Source: Burkholderiales bacterium (GTDB taxonomy: Bacteria; Pseudomonadota; Gammaproteobacteria; Burkholderiales; SG8-39). Taken from it: DNA of 46,052 nucleotides. Below are positions 25,260 to 32,937 of the stretch, in pieces; the stretch's first letter is position 1; every line of letters starts with the position of its first letter. The position numbers and the translations under genes are program-made. The DNA lies in the NCBI GenBank assembly GCA_035251855.1, contig DATFDV010000091.1:1-46052 (forward strand), given 5' to 3'. The notes beneath the pieces were generated by a model. That model was not told where the DNA came from, made no database searches, and worked only from the letters and a program-made list of their open reading frames with translations.

Positions 25260-26348
25260 ATGAACACCATGGTGGCCGCTGAGGCGAAGCACCTGGCCCT
25301 CGGCGGGGCGGGGGATGCGCTGGTCATGATGGTCGACGACGACCCGCTGCTGATCGAGCTGACGCAGGCGTTCCTCAAGGACGCGGGCTATCGGCGCTTG
25401 CTGTCGACCGCGGATGCCTCCGGCGCCGTGGCCATGCTGCTGCGAGAGCTGCCCGACGTCCTGCTGCTGGATCTCAACATGCCGCAGGTGAGCGGCTTCG
25501 ACGTGCTCGCCGCCATGCGCGCCGACCCGGTGCTCAAGCACATCCCGGTGATCGTGCTGACCTCGGCCGACGACGCGCAGACCAAGCTGAAGGCGCTCGA
25601 CCTGGGGGCGAGCGATTTCCTGCGCAAGCCGGTCGACCCGAGCGAGCTCGCACTGCGGCTGCGCAACACCCTGGCGGCCAAGGCGCACCGCGAGACGCTG
25701 CGCAAGACGTTCGTGCGCTACGTCTCGCCGCGCCTGGCCGAGGGCATCATCAACGACGCCGCCGCACCGTTCGCCGCTCAGGCGCAGCGCGCGGAGGTGG
25801 TGGCGCTGTTCGCCGATCTGCGCAGCTTCACGCGCATCACCGAGACCCTCGACGTGGCGCTGGTGGTCGACATGCTGAACGAGTACTTCTCGGTGCTCAC
25901 CGACGCCGCCTACCAGAACGACGGCACCATCTTCAACATGGCCGGCGACTGCCTGCTGGTGGGCTTCAACGTGCCGTTCGCCCAGCCCGACGCCGCGCAG
26001 CGCGCCTGGCGCACCGCCGACGAGATGCTCTCGCGCGTCGGCGCGGTGGCGGCCGGCTGGTCCGCGCGCCACGGCATCGCCACCGGCGTCGGCATCGGCA
26101 TCTGCCGCGGCCCGGCGGTCATCGGCAACATCGGCTCCGCGCACTACATGAGCTACACCATGATCGGCAACGCGGTGAACGCCGCCGCGCGCCTCATGCA
26201 GAGGGCGCAGATGGGCGAGGCGCTGGTGTCGGGCGATTTCTACCGCGCGGTGCGCGACCTCGTGCCGGCCGAGCGCGTGCAATCCTTCGGCCCGGTGTCC
26301 CTGCGCGGCAAGTCCGAGCCGATGGCGGTCTACTCGATCCGGGCCTGA
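25260..26348 (+). CDS. Response-regulator receiver domain fused to a class III adenylate/guanylate cyclase domain
   Basis: REC motifs: MVDDDP acidic pocket, LLLDLNMP phospho-acceptor Asp, VIVLTS, DFLRKP. These are followed by cyclase homology domain motifs (ALFADLRSFT, GDCLLVGF, IGICRGPAVIGNIGS, YTMIGNAVNAAARL, VSLRGK). Confidence 0.85.
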   Translation: MNTMVAAEAKHLALGGAGDALVMMVDDDPLLIELTQAFLKDAGYRRLLSTADASGAVAMLLRELPDVLLLDLNMPQVSGFDVLAAMRADPVLKHIPVIVLTSADDAQTKLKALDLGASDFLRKPVDPSELALRLRNTLAAKAHRETLRKTFVRYVSPRLAEGIINDAAAPFAAQAQRAEVVALFADLRSFTRITETLDVALVVDMLNEYFSVLTDAAYQNDGTIFNMAGDCLLVGFNVPFAQPDAAQRAWRTADEMLSRVGAVAAGWSARHGIATGVGIGICRGPAVIGNIGSAHYMSYTMIGNAVNAAARLMQRAQMGEALVSGDFYRAVRDLVPAERVQSFGPVSLRGKSEPMAVYSIRA

Positions 26349-27269
26349 GTCACGCAAAAGCACCCCGCAGACGATGACTGGCCGGCGCTGCCGCTGGGAG
26401 CATGGCGGCAGACGCGCGACACGCTGCACCTCTATCTCCAGATCGTCGGCAAGATCCGCCTTGCGCTAAGCCCGCCGGTCAACCATTGGTGGCACGTAAC
26501 GCTGTACGTGTCGCCGCGCGGCCTGACGACGCACGCGATTCCCTGCGGTCCCCGCAGCTTCGAGATCGAGCTCGACTTCATAGCGCACCGCCTCGAGCTG
26601 CGCGCGAGCGATGGGCAAAGCGGCGGCTTCGCGCTCGAAGACGGCCTGCCGGTGTGCGATTTCCATGCGCAGATCTTCGAGCAGCTCGGCAGGATGGGAA
26701 TCGCTGCGACGATCCGCCCGCTGCCCTACGACTGCTTCAGCAAGATCCCGTTCCGCGAAGACCGGGAGCATCGCTCGTACGACCGGGCGTACATCACCCG
26801 CTTCCACCGCTTGCTGGTCGCGCTAGGCGGTGCCTTCGCCGAATTCCGCGGCCGCTTCGCCGGCAAGAGCACCCCGGTGCATCTCTTCTGGCATACCTTC
26901 GACCTCGTGGTGTCGCGCTTCTCGGGCCGCGCAGCGCCGAAAATCGAGGGCATGAGCGCCATGCTGCAGGAGGCCTATTCGCACGAGGTCATCAGCTTCG
27001 GCTTCTGGTCGGGCGACGACGAGCTCGGCGCGCCCGCGTTCTATTCCTACACCTATCCCGAGCCAGCAGGCTTGCGCAGCCTTCCGCTGCAGCCACGCGA
27101 GGCGTTCTGGAAGCCGCGCAACGGCAGCTCCCTCGCGCTCTACCGCTACGATGACATGCGCTCTGGCCTTGACCCGCGTGCCGCGCTGTTCGCGTTCTTC
27201 GACCACGCGTATCTCGCCGGCGCGAGCGCGGCGCACTGGGATATCAAGGCGCTCGAAAAGCGCTGGTAA
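26349..27269 (+). CDS. DUF5996-like protein; homology begins directly after the cyclase TGA, first canonical start only at GTG 26508
   Basis: The open frame reads VTQKHPADDDWPALPLGAWRQTRDTLHLYLQIVGKIRLALSPPVNHWWHVTLYVSPRGLTT... The WPxLP...TLHL..QIVGKIRLAL...NHWWHV block is the conserved N-terminal region of this family as I remember it. There is no ATG/GTG/TTG before 26508. The frame is the same as the upstream cyclase. Confidence 0.65.
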   Translation, partial: VTQKHPADDDWPALPLGAWRQTRDTLHLYLQIVGKIRLALSPPVNHWWHVTLYVSPRGLTTHAIPCGPRSFEIELDFIAHRLELRASDGQSGGFALEDGLPVCDFHAQIFEQLGRMGIAATIRPLPYDCFSKIPFREDREHRSYDRAYITRFHRLLVALGGAFAEFRGRFAGKSTPVHLFWHTFDLVVSRFSGRAAPKIEGMSAMLQEAYSHEVISFGFWSGDDELGAPAFYSYTYPEPAGLRSLPLQPREAFWKPRNGSSLALYRYDDMRSGLDPRAALFAFFDHAYLAGASAAHWDIKALEKRW

Positions 27270-27274
27270 ATTTC

Positions 27275-27454
27275 TTACCTGATGTTCCCGCGTTGCGAGC
27301 AAAGCTCGACTTCGGTGGCGAGGTACTTGGCGAGGCCGATGATCAGCTTGATGTGCTGCCGGCCGAGTCCCGCCGGCGTTTCGGCGAGCGCGAACTGGGC
27401 AGACTGCTCGATCTGCTGGAGCTTATGCAGGACGTCGCTTCGACTGGCAGACAT
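27275..27454 (-). CDS. Small hypothetical protein, 59 aa (below the ORF-track cut-off)
   Basis: Hand translation: MSASRSDVLHKLQQIEQSAQFALAETPAGLGRQHIKLIIGLAKYLATEVELCSQRGNIR*. It has GC3-biased codons like neighbouring genes, fills an otherwise empty gap, and is predicted helical. No family recognised and only a weak SD. Confidence 0.4.
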   Translation of the reverse strand: MSASRSDVLHKLQQIEQSAQFALAETPAGLGRQHIKLIIGLAKYLATEVELCSQRGNIR

Positions 27455-27578
27455 TCGTCATTCCGTTGGGCGTGTGTAGATATGACACGCGCCGGGCCCG
27501 ATTTGTTTCGCAAATGCAACGTCGCGAATACTAGGCAATGCGAGTAGCCGATGCGCTACAGAGTTCCTCAGGATTCGA

Positions 27579-28583
27579 TCAGTGATATCCCGCGCCGGCT
27601 CGCACCTTGCCGCGGAACACCCAGTACGACCAGCCGGTATAGGTGAAGATCACCGGGATCAGGAACATCGTGCCGATCAGCAGAAAAGCCTGGCCCTCTG
27701 GCGCGGTCGCCGCGTCCCAGAGCGTCAGCGTGTGGGGCACGACGTAGGGAAACAGGCTGATCGCGAGCCCGAGATAGCACAGCACGAACAGGCCCATCGA
27801 GGCGAGGAAGGGAGCGACGTCGCCGTCGCGCGCGAGCGCGCGCCAGAGCCACAGCGCGAGAGCCGCCGTGATCACGGGCACCGGCGCGAAAAACAGCATG
27901 TTCGGCCAGGAGAACCAGCGCGCGGCGATGTGCTCGTGCAGGAACGGGGTCCACACGCTTACCAGGACGATGAAGCCGAGGACGCCGAACGATGCGAGCC
28001 GCGCCTTGGCGCGCGCCCACTGCTGCAGCTCGCCCTCGGTCTTCATGACCAGCCAGGTCGCGCCGAGGAGCACGTAGCCGAACACCAGGCCGACGCCGAC
28101 GGCGAGCACGAATGGGTGCAGCCAGTCCCAGGTCGAGCCGGCGTACTGCCGGCCGCTCACCTCGAAGCCGAGCACGAACTTGCCGAGCACGCAGCCCTGC
28201 GCAAAGGTGGCGGCGAGCGAGCCCCAGAAGAACGCGGCGTCCCAGCGCTTGCCGCTGCTCTTCGCGATGGCGCGAAACTCGAACGACACGCCGCGGAAGA
28301 TGAGACCCAGCAGCATCGCGAGCACGGGAAAGTACAGCGCCGGAATAATGATGGCGAAGGCGAGCGGAAAGGCGGTGAGCAGGCCCAGGCCGCCCATCAC
28401 CAGCCAGGTCTCGTTGCCGTCCCAGACCGGCGCCACCGAGGCCATCATCGTATTGCGCGCGGTGTCGTCCGGTGCGAAGGGAAACAGGATGCCGACGCCG
28501 AGGTCGAAGCCGTCGAGCAGCACGTACATGAACACGCTCAGCGCGAGGATCACGGTCCAGATCGGGACCAGGTCGAGGCTCAT
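27579..28583 (-). CDS. cydB: Cytochrome bd-type ubiquinol oxidase subunit II
   Basis: 334 aa polytopic protein with a CydB-like N-terminus (LDLVPIWTVILALSVFMYVLLDGFDLGVGIL) and WDGNETWL. Overlaps the cydA stop by 4 nt. Confidence 0.9.
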   Translation of the reverse strand: MSLDLVPIWTVILALSVFMYVLLDGFDLGVGILFPFAPDDTARNTMMASVAPVWDGNETWLVMGGLGLLTAFPLAFAIIIPALYFPVLAMLLGLIFRGVSFEFRAIAKSSGKRWDAAFFWGSLAATFAQGCVLGKFVLGFEVSGRQYAGSTWDWLHPFVLAVGVGLVFGYVLLGATWLVMKTEGELQQWARAKARLASFGVLGFIVLVSVWTPFLHEHIAARWFSWPNMLFFAPVPVITAALALWLWRALARDGDVAPFLASMGLFVLCYLGLAISLFPYVVPHTLTLWDAATAPEGQAFLLIGTMFLIPVIFTYTGWSYWVFRGKVRAGAGYH

Positions 28584-29944
28584 GCGTCCTGCGCCGCGGA
28601 CAGCGGACGCGCCGGGCGTCCGTCCTGGCGCGGCTCGGGCAATTCATCCGGCATGCCGCGCTGGACCAGCCGCATCAGGTAGTAGAGCCCTGCGCCGAAG
28701 ATGACCGCGTACACGACAACGTAGAGCGCGAGCGAGATCGCCACATCGGCGCCGGTGAGATTGGGCGACACGGCGTCGGCGGTGCGCAGGTGCCCGTACA
28801 CCACCCACGGCTGGCGGCCGACCTCGGTCGTCGTCCATCCCGCGGTGACGGCGACATATCCGCTCGGAATGCAGGCCGTCGACGCATACAGGAAGGCGCG
28901 CGAGGCGTAGCCCCGCGGCCGTAGCATCCACGCCCATGCGGTGACACCCACCATGAGGAGCCACATCCCGACCATCAGCCGGAAGGCAAAGAAAGGCAGC
29001 GCCATTGGTGGCCGCTCCTCTTTCGGGAAGTCCTTGAGCCCCTTGACGTGGCCGTCCCACGAATGCGTCAGGTACAGGCTGCCGAGCTTCGGAATGCCGA
29101 TCTCGGCGTGGTTCTTCTCCAGGGTCTCGTCGGGAATGGCGAACAGGATCGCCGGCTGTCCCGGCCCGCCCTCCCAGATGCCCTCGATGGCGGCGAGCTT
29201 CTGCGGCTGATGCTCGAGCGTGTTCACGCCGTGCAGGTCGCCGATCACGATCTGGAGCGGCAGCAGCACCGTCGCCAGCAGCATTCCCATGGTGATCATC
29301 ACCCGCGATTCCTCCACGTCGCGCGCGCGCCGCAGGTACCACGCGGCAACGCCGATCACGGTAAAGGCGGTGGTTAGGTACACCGCGACCACGGTGTGCG
29401 CGAGACGATAGGGGAACGACGGATTGAAGATCGCCTTGATCCAGTCGGTCGGCACGAAGCGCCCGTCCACCACCTCGAAGCCCGCGGGCGTCTGCATCCA
29501 GCTGTTCGCCGCCAGGATCCAGAACGCGGAAAACAGCGTGCCGGCGGCGACGATCACGGCCGAGGCGAAATGCACCCAAGGCGGCACCAGCTTGCGGCCG
29601 AAGAGCAGCACGCCGAGGAATGCCGCCTCGAGGAAGAAGGCGCTTAGCGCCTCGTAGCCCATCAACGGACCGACGATCGCCGCCGTCAGCTCCGAATACC
29701 GGCTCCAGTTGGTGCCGAGCTGGAACGGCATGACGATGCCCGACACCACCCCCATGCCGAACGACACCGCGAAGATGCGCACCCAGAACGCCGACAGGCG
29801 CAGATAGACCGGCCGCCGGGTCCAGAGGAACAGTCCCTCGAGCACCGCGATGTAGGAGGCGAGCCCGATGGTGAACGCGGGCAGCAGGAAGTGGAACGCG
29901 ATCAGGAACGCGAACTGGATGCGCGAGAGCAGGACCGGGTCCAC
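28580..29944 (-). CDS. cydA: Cytochrome bd-type ubiquinol oxidase subunit I (short Q-loop, CioA-like)
   Basis: From GTG 29944: (M)DPVLLSRIQFAFLIAFHFLLPAFTIG, then GYEALSAFFLEAAFLG, GWTTTEVGRQPWVVYG. At about 455 aa it is in the cyanide-insensitive (short Q-loop) size class. AAGGA lies upstream of the GTG. Confidence 0.9.
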   Translation of the reverse strand: MDPVLLSRIQFAFLIAFHFLLPAFTIGLASYIAVLEGLFLWTRRPVYLRLSAFWVRIFAVSFGMGVVSGIVMPFQLGTNWSRYSELTAAIVGPLMGYEALSAFFLEAAFLGVLLFGRKLVPPWVHFASAVIVAAGTLFSAFWILAANSWMQTPAGFEVVDGRFVPTDWIKAIFNPSFPYRLAHTVVAVYLTTAFTVIGVAAWYLRRARDVEESRVMITMGMLLATVLLPLQIVIGDLHGVNTLEHQPQKLAAIEGIWEGGPGQPAILFAIPDETLEKNHAEIGIPKLGSLYLTHSWDGHVKGLKDFPKEERPPMALPFFAFRLMVGMWLLMVGVTAWAWMLRPRGYASRAFLYASTACIPSGYVAVTAGWTTTEVGRQPWVVYGHLRTADAVSPNLTGADVAISLALYVVVYAVIFGAGLYYLMRLVQRGMPDELPEPRQDGRPARPLSAAQDA

Positions 29945-30023
29945 GCAGGTTCCTTTTTTTCTTCCCACCGCATCTTCGGCGCTTCGCGCGGCCTGCGCAA
30001 GAGGCCGCGAGAAGCCAGGCTTG

Positions 30024-30152
30024 TTACTTGACGAGCACCACCGGTACGGGCGAGTGGCCGGCGTCCTTCCACGCGGCCGATCCTAGCAGCGCGTGATGCG
30101 CGGCTCCCAGTCCGCGCGTCCCGCCCGGCCGGATGCGGGCGTGCCCATTCAT
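30024..30152 (-). pseudogene. Universal stress protein C-terminal remnant (42 codon ORF)
   Basis: Hand translation: MNGHARIRPGGTRGLGAAHHALLGSAAWKDAGHSPVPVVLVK*. It matches the last ~35 residues of UspA-family domains (G.RG.G....LLGS.A......PVPVLLV), but the whole N-terminal alpha/beta core is missing. Its ATG lies 4 nt after the hemerythrin stop. Confidence 0.4.
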
Positions 30153-30156
30153 GGAT

Positions 30157-30486
30157 TTATCCTCGCAACTGGTGCGCAACGTGCTCGCCGATGAGGATGG
30201 CCGCCGGATACAGCACTCTTTCCTCGGTCTGGGCGTGCAGCGTCAATGCCTCGGCAAAGTGCTCGAATTCGGCGAGCTTCGCCGCTTTCGCGGCGGCGCG
30301 CAGCTCGGTGAGCAGCGCGAGCGGCGGCAGCGCGAACTCCTCTTCCCGTACGAAGTGCGGATGCAGGAGCCTTGCCACCTCGCGCGCCGCCTCGCCGACG
30401 GCGCCGGGCGCCTTGGTCGCCTTCACCAGCGTCGCGTGCAGCTCTTCGTGCTCGGCCTGAAGAGGTTTCGGGATCTCGAATTTCAT
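30157..30486 (-). CDS. Hemerythrin-like (HHE cation-binding) domain protein
   Basis: From ATG 30486: MKFEIPKPLQAEHEELHATLVKA...LLHPHFVREEEFALPPL...HAQTEERVLYPAA. The spacing of His/Glu residues fits the hemerythrin four-helix motif. GAGGTGA SD upstream. Confidence 0.7.
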   Translation of the reverse strand: MKFEIPKPLQAEHEELHATLVKATKAPGAVGEAAREVARLLHPHFVREEEFALPPLALLTELRAAAKAAKLAEFEHFAEALTLHAQTEERVLYPAAILIGEHVAHQLRG

Positions 30487-30496
30487 GCTCGTCACC

Positions 30497-31102
30497 TCAA
30501 TGCTGGTGCGCCGGCGCCTTCTGCACATGCTCGGGCGCCATGGTTTGCGCGGCGTTGTACAGGCGCTCCGCGTAGTGCGTGAACTCGACATACGCGCTCG
30601 AATATGCACGGCCGGCCGGTACGTCGTTCGGGTCGTACTTTCGCTTCGCCATCACCTGGTCGAAGTGGGCGTGCAGGCCCTTCTCCATGCGATCGGTCAC
30701 GAGCTTGCCGAGCGGCTGCAGCTTGCCGGTCTCGATCGCCCGGTCGGCGGCGGCGATCGGCGGCTCCACCATGCCGGCGGGCTTCAAGCCCGTATAGCCG
30801 GCGCCTTCACCGGCACGGTGCACGCGCACGAGTGTCTCGAAGAAGTACAGGTCGGCAAGCTCTTTGGCCTCGCCCCCGGCCTTGCGCACGTTGCGCGCGC
30901 GCTGGTAGAGGCTGCGGATCTCGGCGTCGTCGTTCTTCTGGACCCAGACCAGCACCAGGTTGACGTTGCCGGTGTCGAGCGCCTTGCGCGCCGCAGCCAC
31001 GACCGGCCCGTCGAGCGTGTCGCAATGGGCAAGCGCGGGCGCGGCCGAGCCGAGCGTCGCGGCGAGAGAAAACCCTGCAATCAGAACGCTGCGAAGTTTC
31101 AT
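30497..31102 (-). CDS. Secreted protein with HCDTLDGPV motif (resembles the DUF6448 family)
   Basis: From ATG 31102, behind an AGGAGA SD: signal peptide MKLRSVLIAGFSLAATLGSAAPALA, then HCDTLDGPVVAAARKALDTGNVNLVLVWV. 201 aa. Lies 10 nt upstream of the hemerythrin gene. Confidence 0.6.
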   Translation of the reverse strand: MKLRSVLIAGFSLAATLGSAAPALAHCDTLDGPVVAAARKALDTGNVNLVLVWVQKNDDAEIRSLYQRARNVRKAGGEAKELADLYFFETLVRVHRAGEGAGYTGLKPAGMVEPPIAAADRAIETGKLQPLGKLVTDRMEKGLHAHFDQVMAKRKYDPNDVPAGRAYSSAYVEFTHYAERLYNAAQTMAPEHVQKAPAHQH

Positions 31103-31222
31103 GATCGTTCTCCTGAGTGTGTCGCGCATGATGCGCCGAGCACGAGCGCGCGTGTTGATCTGCGTCAAATTCACATTCGGAACCCGCGTAAGATGTCCCA
31201 TCTCACAAAAGGGAGAACCATC

Positions 31223-31402
31223 ATGTCCAAGCGATCCGATGCGATGAAGCGCAAGGCGAAAAAGATGGCGATGAAGAATCTTGCCAAGGCCAAGGTGAGT
31301 CTCGCCAGGTTCAAGGCGAAGGCGAACGTCGAGCTCGCACGGCATACCCGCGCGTTCAAGCTCGCGGCGAAGCGCTACAAAGTCGCGCTCAAGAGCTCCT
31401 AG
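31223..31402 (+). CDS. Small Lys/Ala-rich highly basic protein, 59 aa
   Basis: GGGAGA SD (31211-31216) lies 6 nt before the ATG. Translation: MSKRSDAMKRKAKKMAMKNLAKAKVSLARFKAKANVELARHTRAFKLAAKRYKVALKSS*. Divergent from the secreted-protein gene. Confidence 0.5.
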   Translation: MSKRSDAMKRKAKKMAMKNLAKAKVSLARFKAKANVELARHTRAFKLAAKRYKVALKSS

Positions 31403-31406
31403 AGCG

Positions 31407-31423
31407 CGCCGGGCCGGCCGGCG
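31407..31423. terminator. GC-rich hairpin filling the gap between two convergent genes (possible bidirectional terminator)
   Basis: CGCCGG-GCCGG-CCGGCG forms a 6 bp GC stem with a 5 nt loop. It sits between the TAG of the small basic ORF (31400-31402) and the stop of the lipoprotein gene (31424-31426). There is no real U-tract on either strand. Confidence 0.25.
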
Positions 31424-32017
31424 TTAGCGCGGTGCTGCCGCGTCCACCCAGGCGCTTACCTCGTCGAGCAGCTCGCCGAGTGCCCGGTTGAAGGCCTGCA
31501 CCGCGCCGGGCGCGTCGTAACTCGCGGCGGGTGCCGACGCGTTGAAGCTGCGCCGCGCCACCAGCGTGCGGCGCGCGGGGTCGGTCAGCTCGGCGGTGAG
31601 CGACACGCGCGCACTACCGGGAGCGGAAGCGGCGTCGTGATACAGCTCGGCGAGGTAGATGCTCAGCACCAGATCGCCGCGCACCGTCCCGGTGACGCTC
31701 GCTACGGTGCGGAAGGCGCCGGCGCGTTCGAGGCGCGCTGCCAGCAGCTCGCCGATCCTGGGCCCGGGCGGCTCGGTCCAGCTATGGTACTGGTAGTACG
31801 CGCGCGTCCCCGGGGCGCGGCTGTAGGCGATGCCCTGCGTATCGTAGAAGCTCGACACGGCAGCCGGCGCGAGCAGCAGCGTGGTCGCGTGCGCCGCCCC
31901 ACTCTGTACGGTGGATATTTTTGGATCCTCCAGCACGTAAAAGCGCTGGGCGTCGCGCGGCCCGGAAGAAACACAGCCTGCTAGAACGCACAGCGCGGCG
32001 AGGGCCCAGCGTCTCAC
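31424..32017 (-). CDS. ABC-type transport auxiliary lipoprotein (PqiC/YmbA-like, DUF330)
   Basis: Lipobox MRRWALAALCVLAGC. 197 aa. Follows the MCE gene with a 4 nt overlap, as in PqiABC/MCE clusters. Confidence 0.75.
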   Translation of the reverse strand: MRRWALAALCVLAGCVSSGPRDAQRFYVLEDPKISTVQSGAAHATTLLLAPAAVSSFYDTQGIAYSRAPGTRAYYQYHSWTEPPGPRIGELLAARLERAGAFRTVASVTGTVRGDLVLSIYLAELYHDAASAPGSARVSLTAELTDPARRTLVARRSFNASAPAASYDAPGAVQAFNRALGELLDEVSAWVDAAAPR

Positions 32018-32937
32018 CTCGCGCCCTCGCCCGGTCCCAGGCTGCCCTCGGGCGGGCCGAACAGGATGCTGCGCGGATCGTTGAAGCGCCGCGCCACCGC
32101 GCCGAGCGAGTCCGCGGTGGCGCGCAGCTCCTGCGCCGTCACGCGCAGCTCGACGTCGCCGCTGGCGAGCAGCAGATCCACGCGCTGCGTCATGCGGGTC
32201 ACGTCCTCGCTCATCTTGCGCATCGAGGCGGCGACCTCGCGCACCGCGACGCTCGATTCGGCTCCCAGCTCGTCGTAACGCGCGGCGAGCTTGCGCGCGT
32301 CCTGCGCCAGGCTCTTGCTCAGGATGCGCACCTCGTCGGCGGCGCCTCCCACCGAGGCCAGCGCGCGCTCCGCGTTGCCCGATACCTTTCGCAGGTTTTC
32401 CAGGACCTCGGTGAGCGCGCGCTGGTTCTCGGGCGAGAGCGTGGCGTTTATGCGCTGCATGGTCTCGCCCGCGCGCTGCGCGATCTGGTTGACCGACTCG
32501 GCGACCTGCTGGACGCGCGATTCGCCTTCGGCGATGACGGGATAGGCCTCGCCCTGCGGCACCTGCGTCAACGGCGGGCTGTCTTCGGCGGTGTTGACGA
32601 GGAGGATGCTGGCGATTCCGGTGATGAGCTGTCGCTCGACCACCGCCTCCGTGGCCTGGCGCACAGGGGTGGAGCCGTCGACCCGGATGAACACCTCGAC
32701 CGCGCCCGGACGCGACGCCGAGATGCGGAAGGCATTTACCGTGCCGACGTGGATTCCCCTCATCTTCACCTCGCTGCGCACCTGCAGCCCCTCGAGCGAC
32801 TGGCGCTCGAAGTAGATCTTGTAGCGCTTGTCGTCGGCCTCGCCCGAGCTGCGCAGCCAGACGAACGCCGCGACGATCGATGCGAGCAGGATCAGCACCA
32901 CCGCGCCGACCAGGGTGTACTTCGCCTCGGGTTCCAT
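32014..32937 (-). CDS. MCE/MlaD family substrate-binding protein
   Basis: From ATG 32937: an N-terminal TM helix (KYTLVGAVVLILLASIVAAFVWL), an MCE domain (YKIYFERQSLEGLQVRSEVKMRGIHVGTV) and a long helical C-terminus. Confidence 0.85.
   Translation of the reverse strand: MEPEAKYTLVGAVVLILLASIVAAFVWLRSSGEADDKRYKIYFERQSLEGLQVRSEVKMRGIHVGTVNAFRISASRPGAVEVFIRVDGSTPVRQATEAVVERQLITGIASILLVNTAEDSPPLTQVPQGEAYPVIAEGESRVQQVAESVNQIAQRAGETMQRINATLSPENQRALTEVLENLRKVSGNAERALASVGGAADEVRILSKSLAQDARKLAARYDELGAESSVAVREVAASMRKMSEDVTRMTQRVDLLLASGDVELRVTAQELRATADSLGAVARRFNDPRSILFGPPEGSLGPGEGAR

Noticed and set aside
26349-26400. Possible selenocysteine insertion (SECIS) element after the in-frame TGA at 26346.
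   Set aside because: Only a weak bulged stem (GTCACG ... CGATGAC) is present. It lacks the position, length and apical-loop features of bacterial SECIS elements, and neither flanking protein family is known to be a selenoprotein. Kept only as a formal alternative in the read-through finding.
26402-27154. 250 aa plus-strand ORF overlapping the DUF5996-like gene in another frame.
   Set aside because: It is extremely Arg/Pro/Ala-rich with no motif. The co-located frame has clear family-like conservation.
27455-27578. A cydX-type small hydrophobic subunit gene downstream of cydB.
   Set aside because: No short hydrophobic ORF with a start codon and SD is present in either reading direction. The only small ORF nearby (27275-27454) is hydrophilic.
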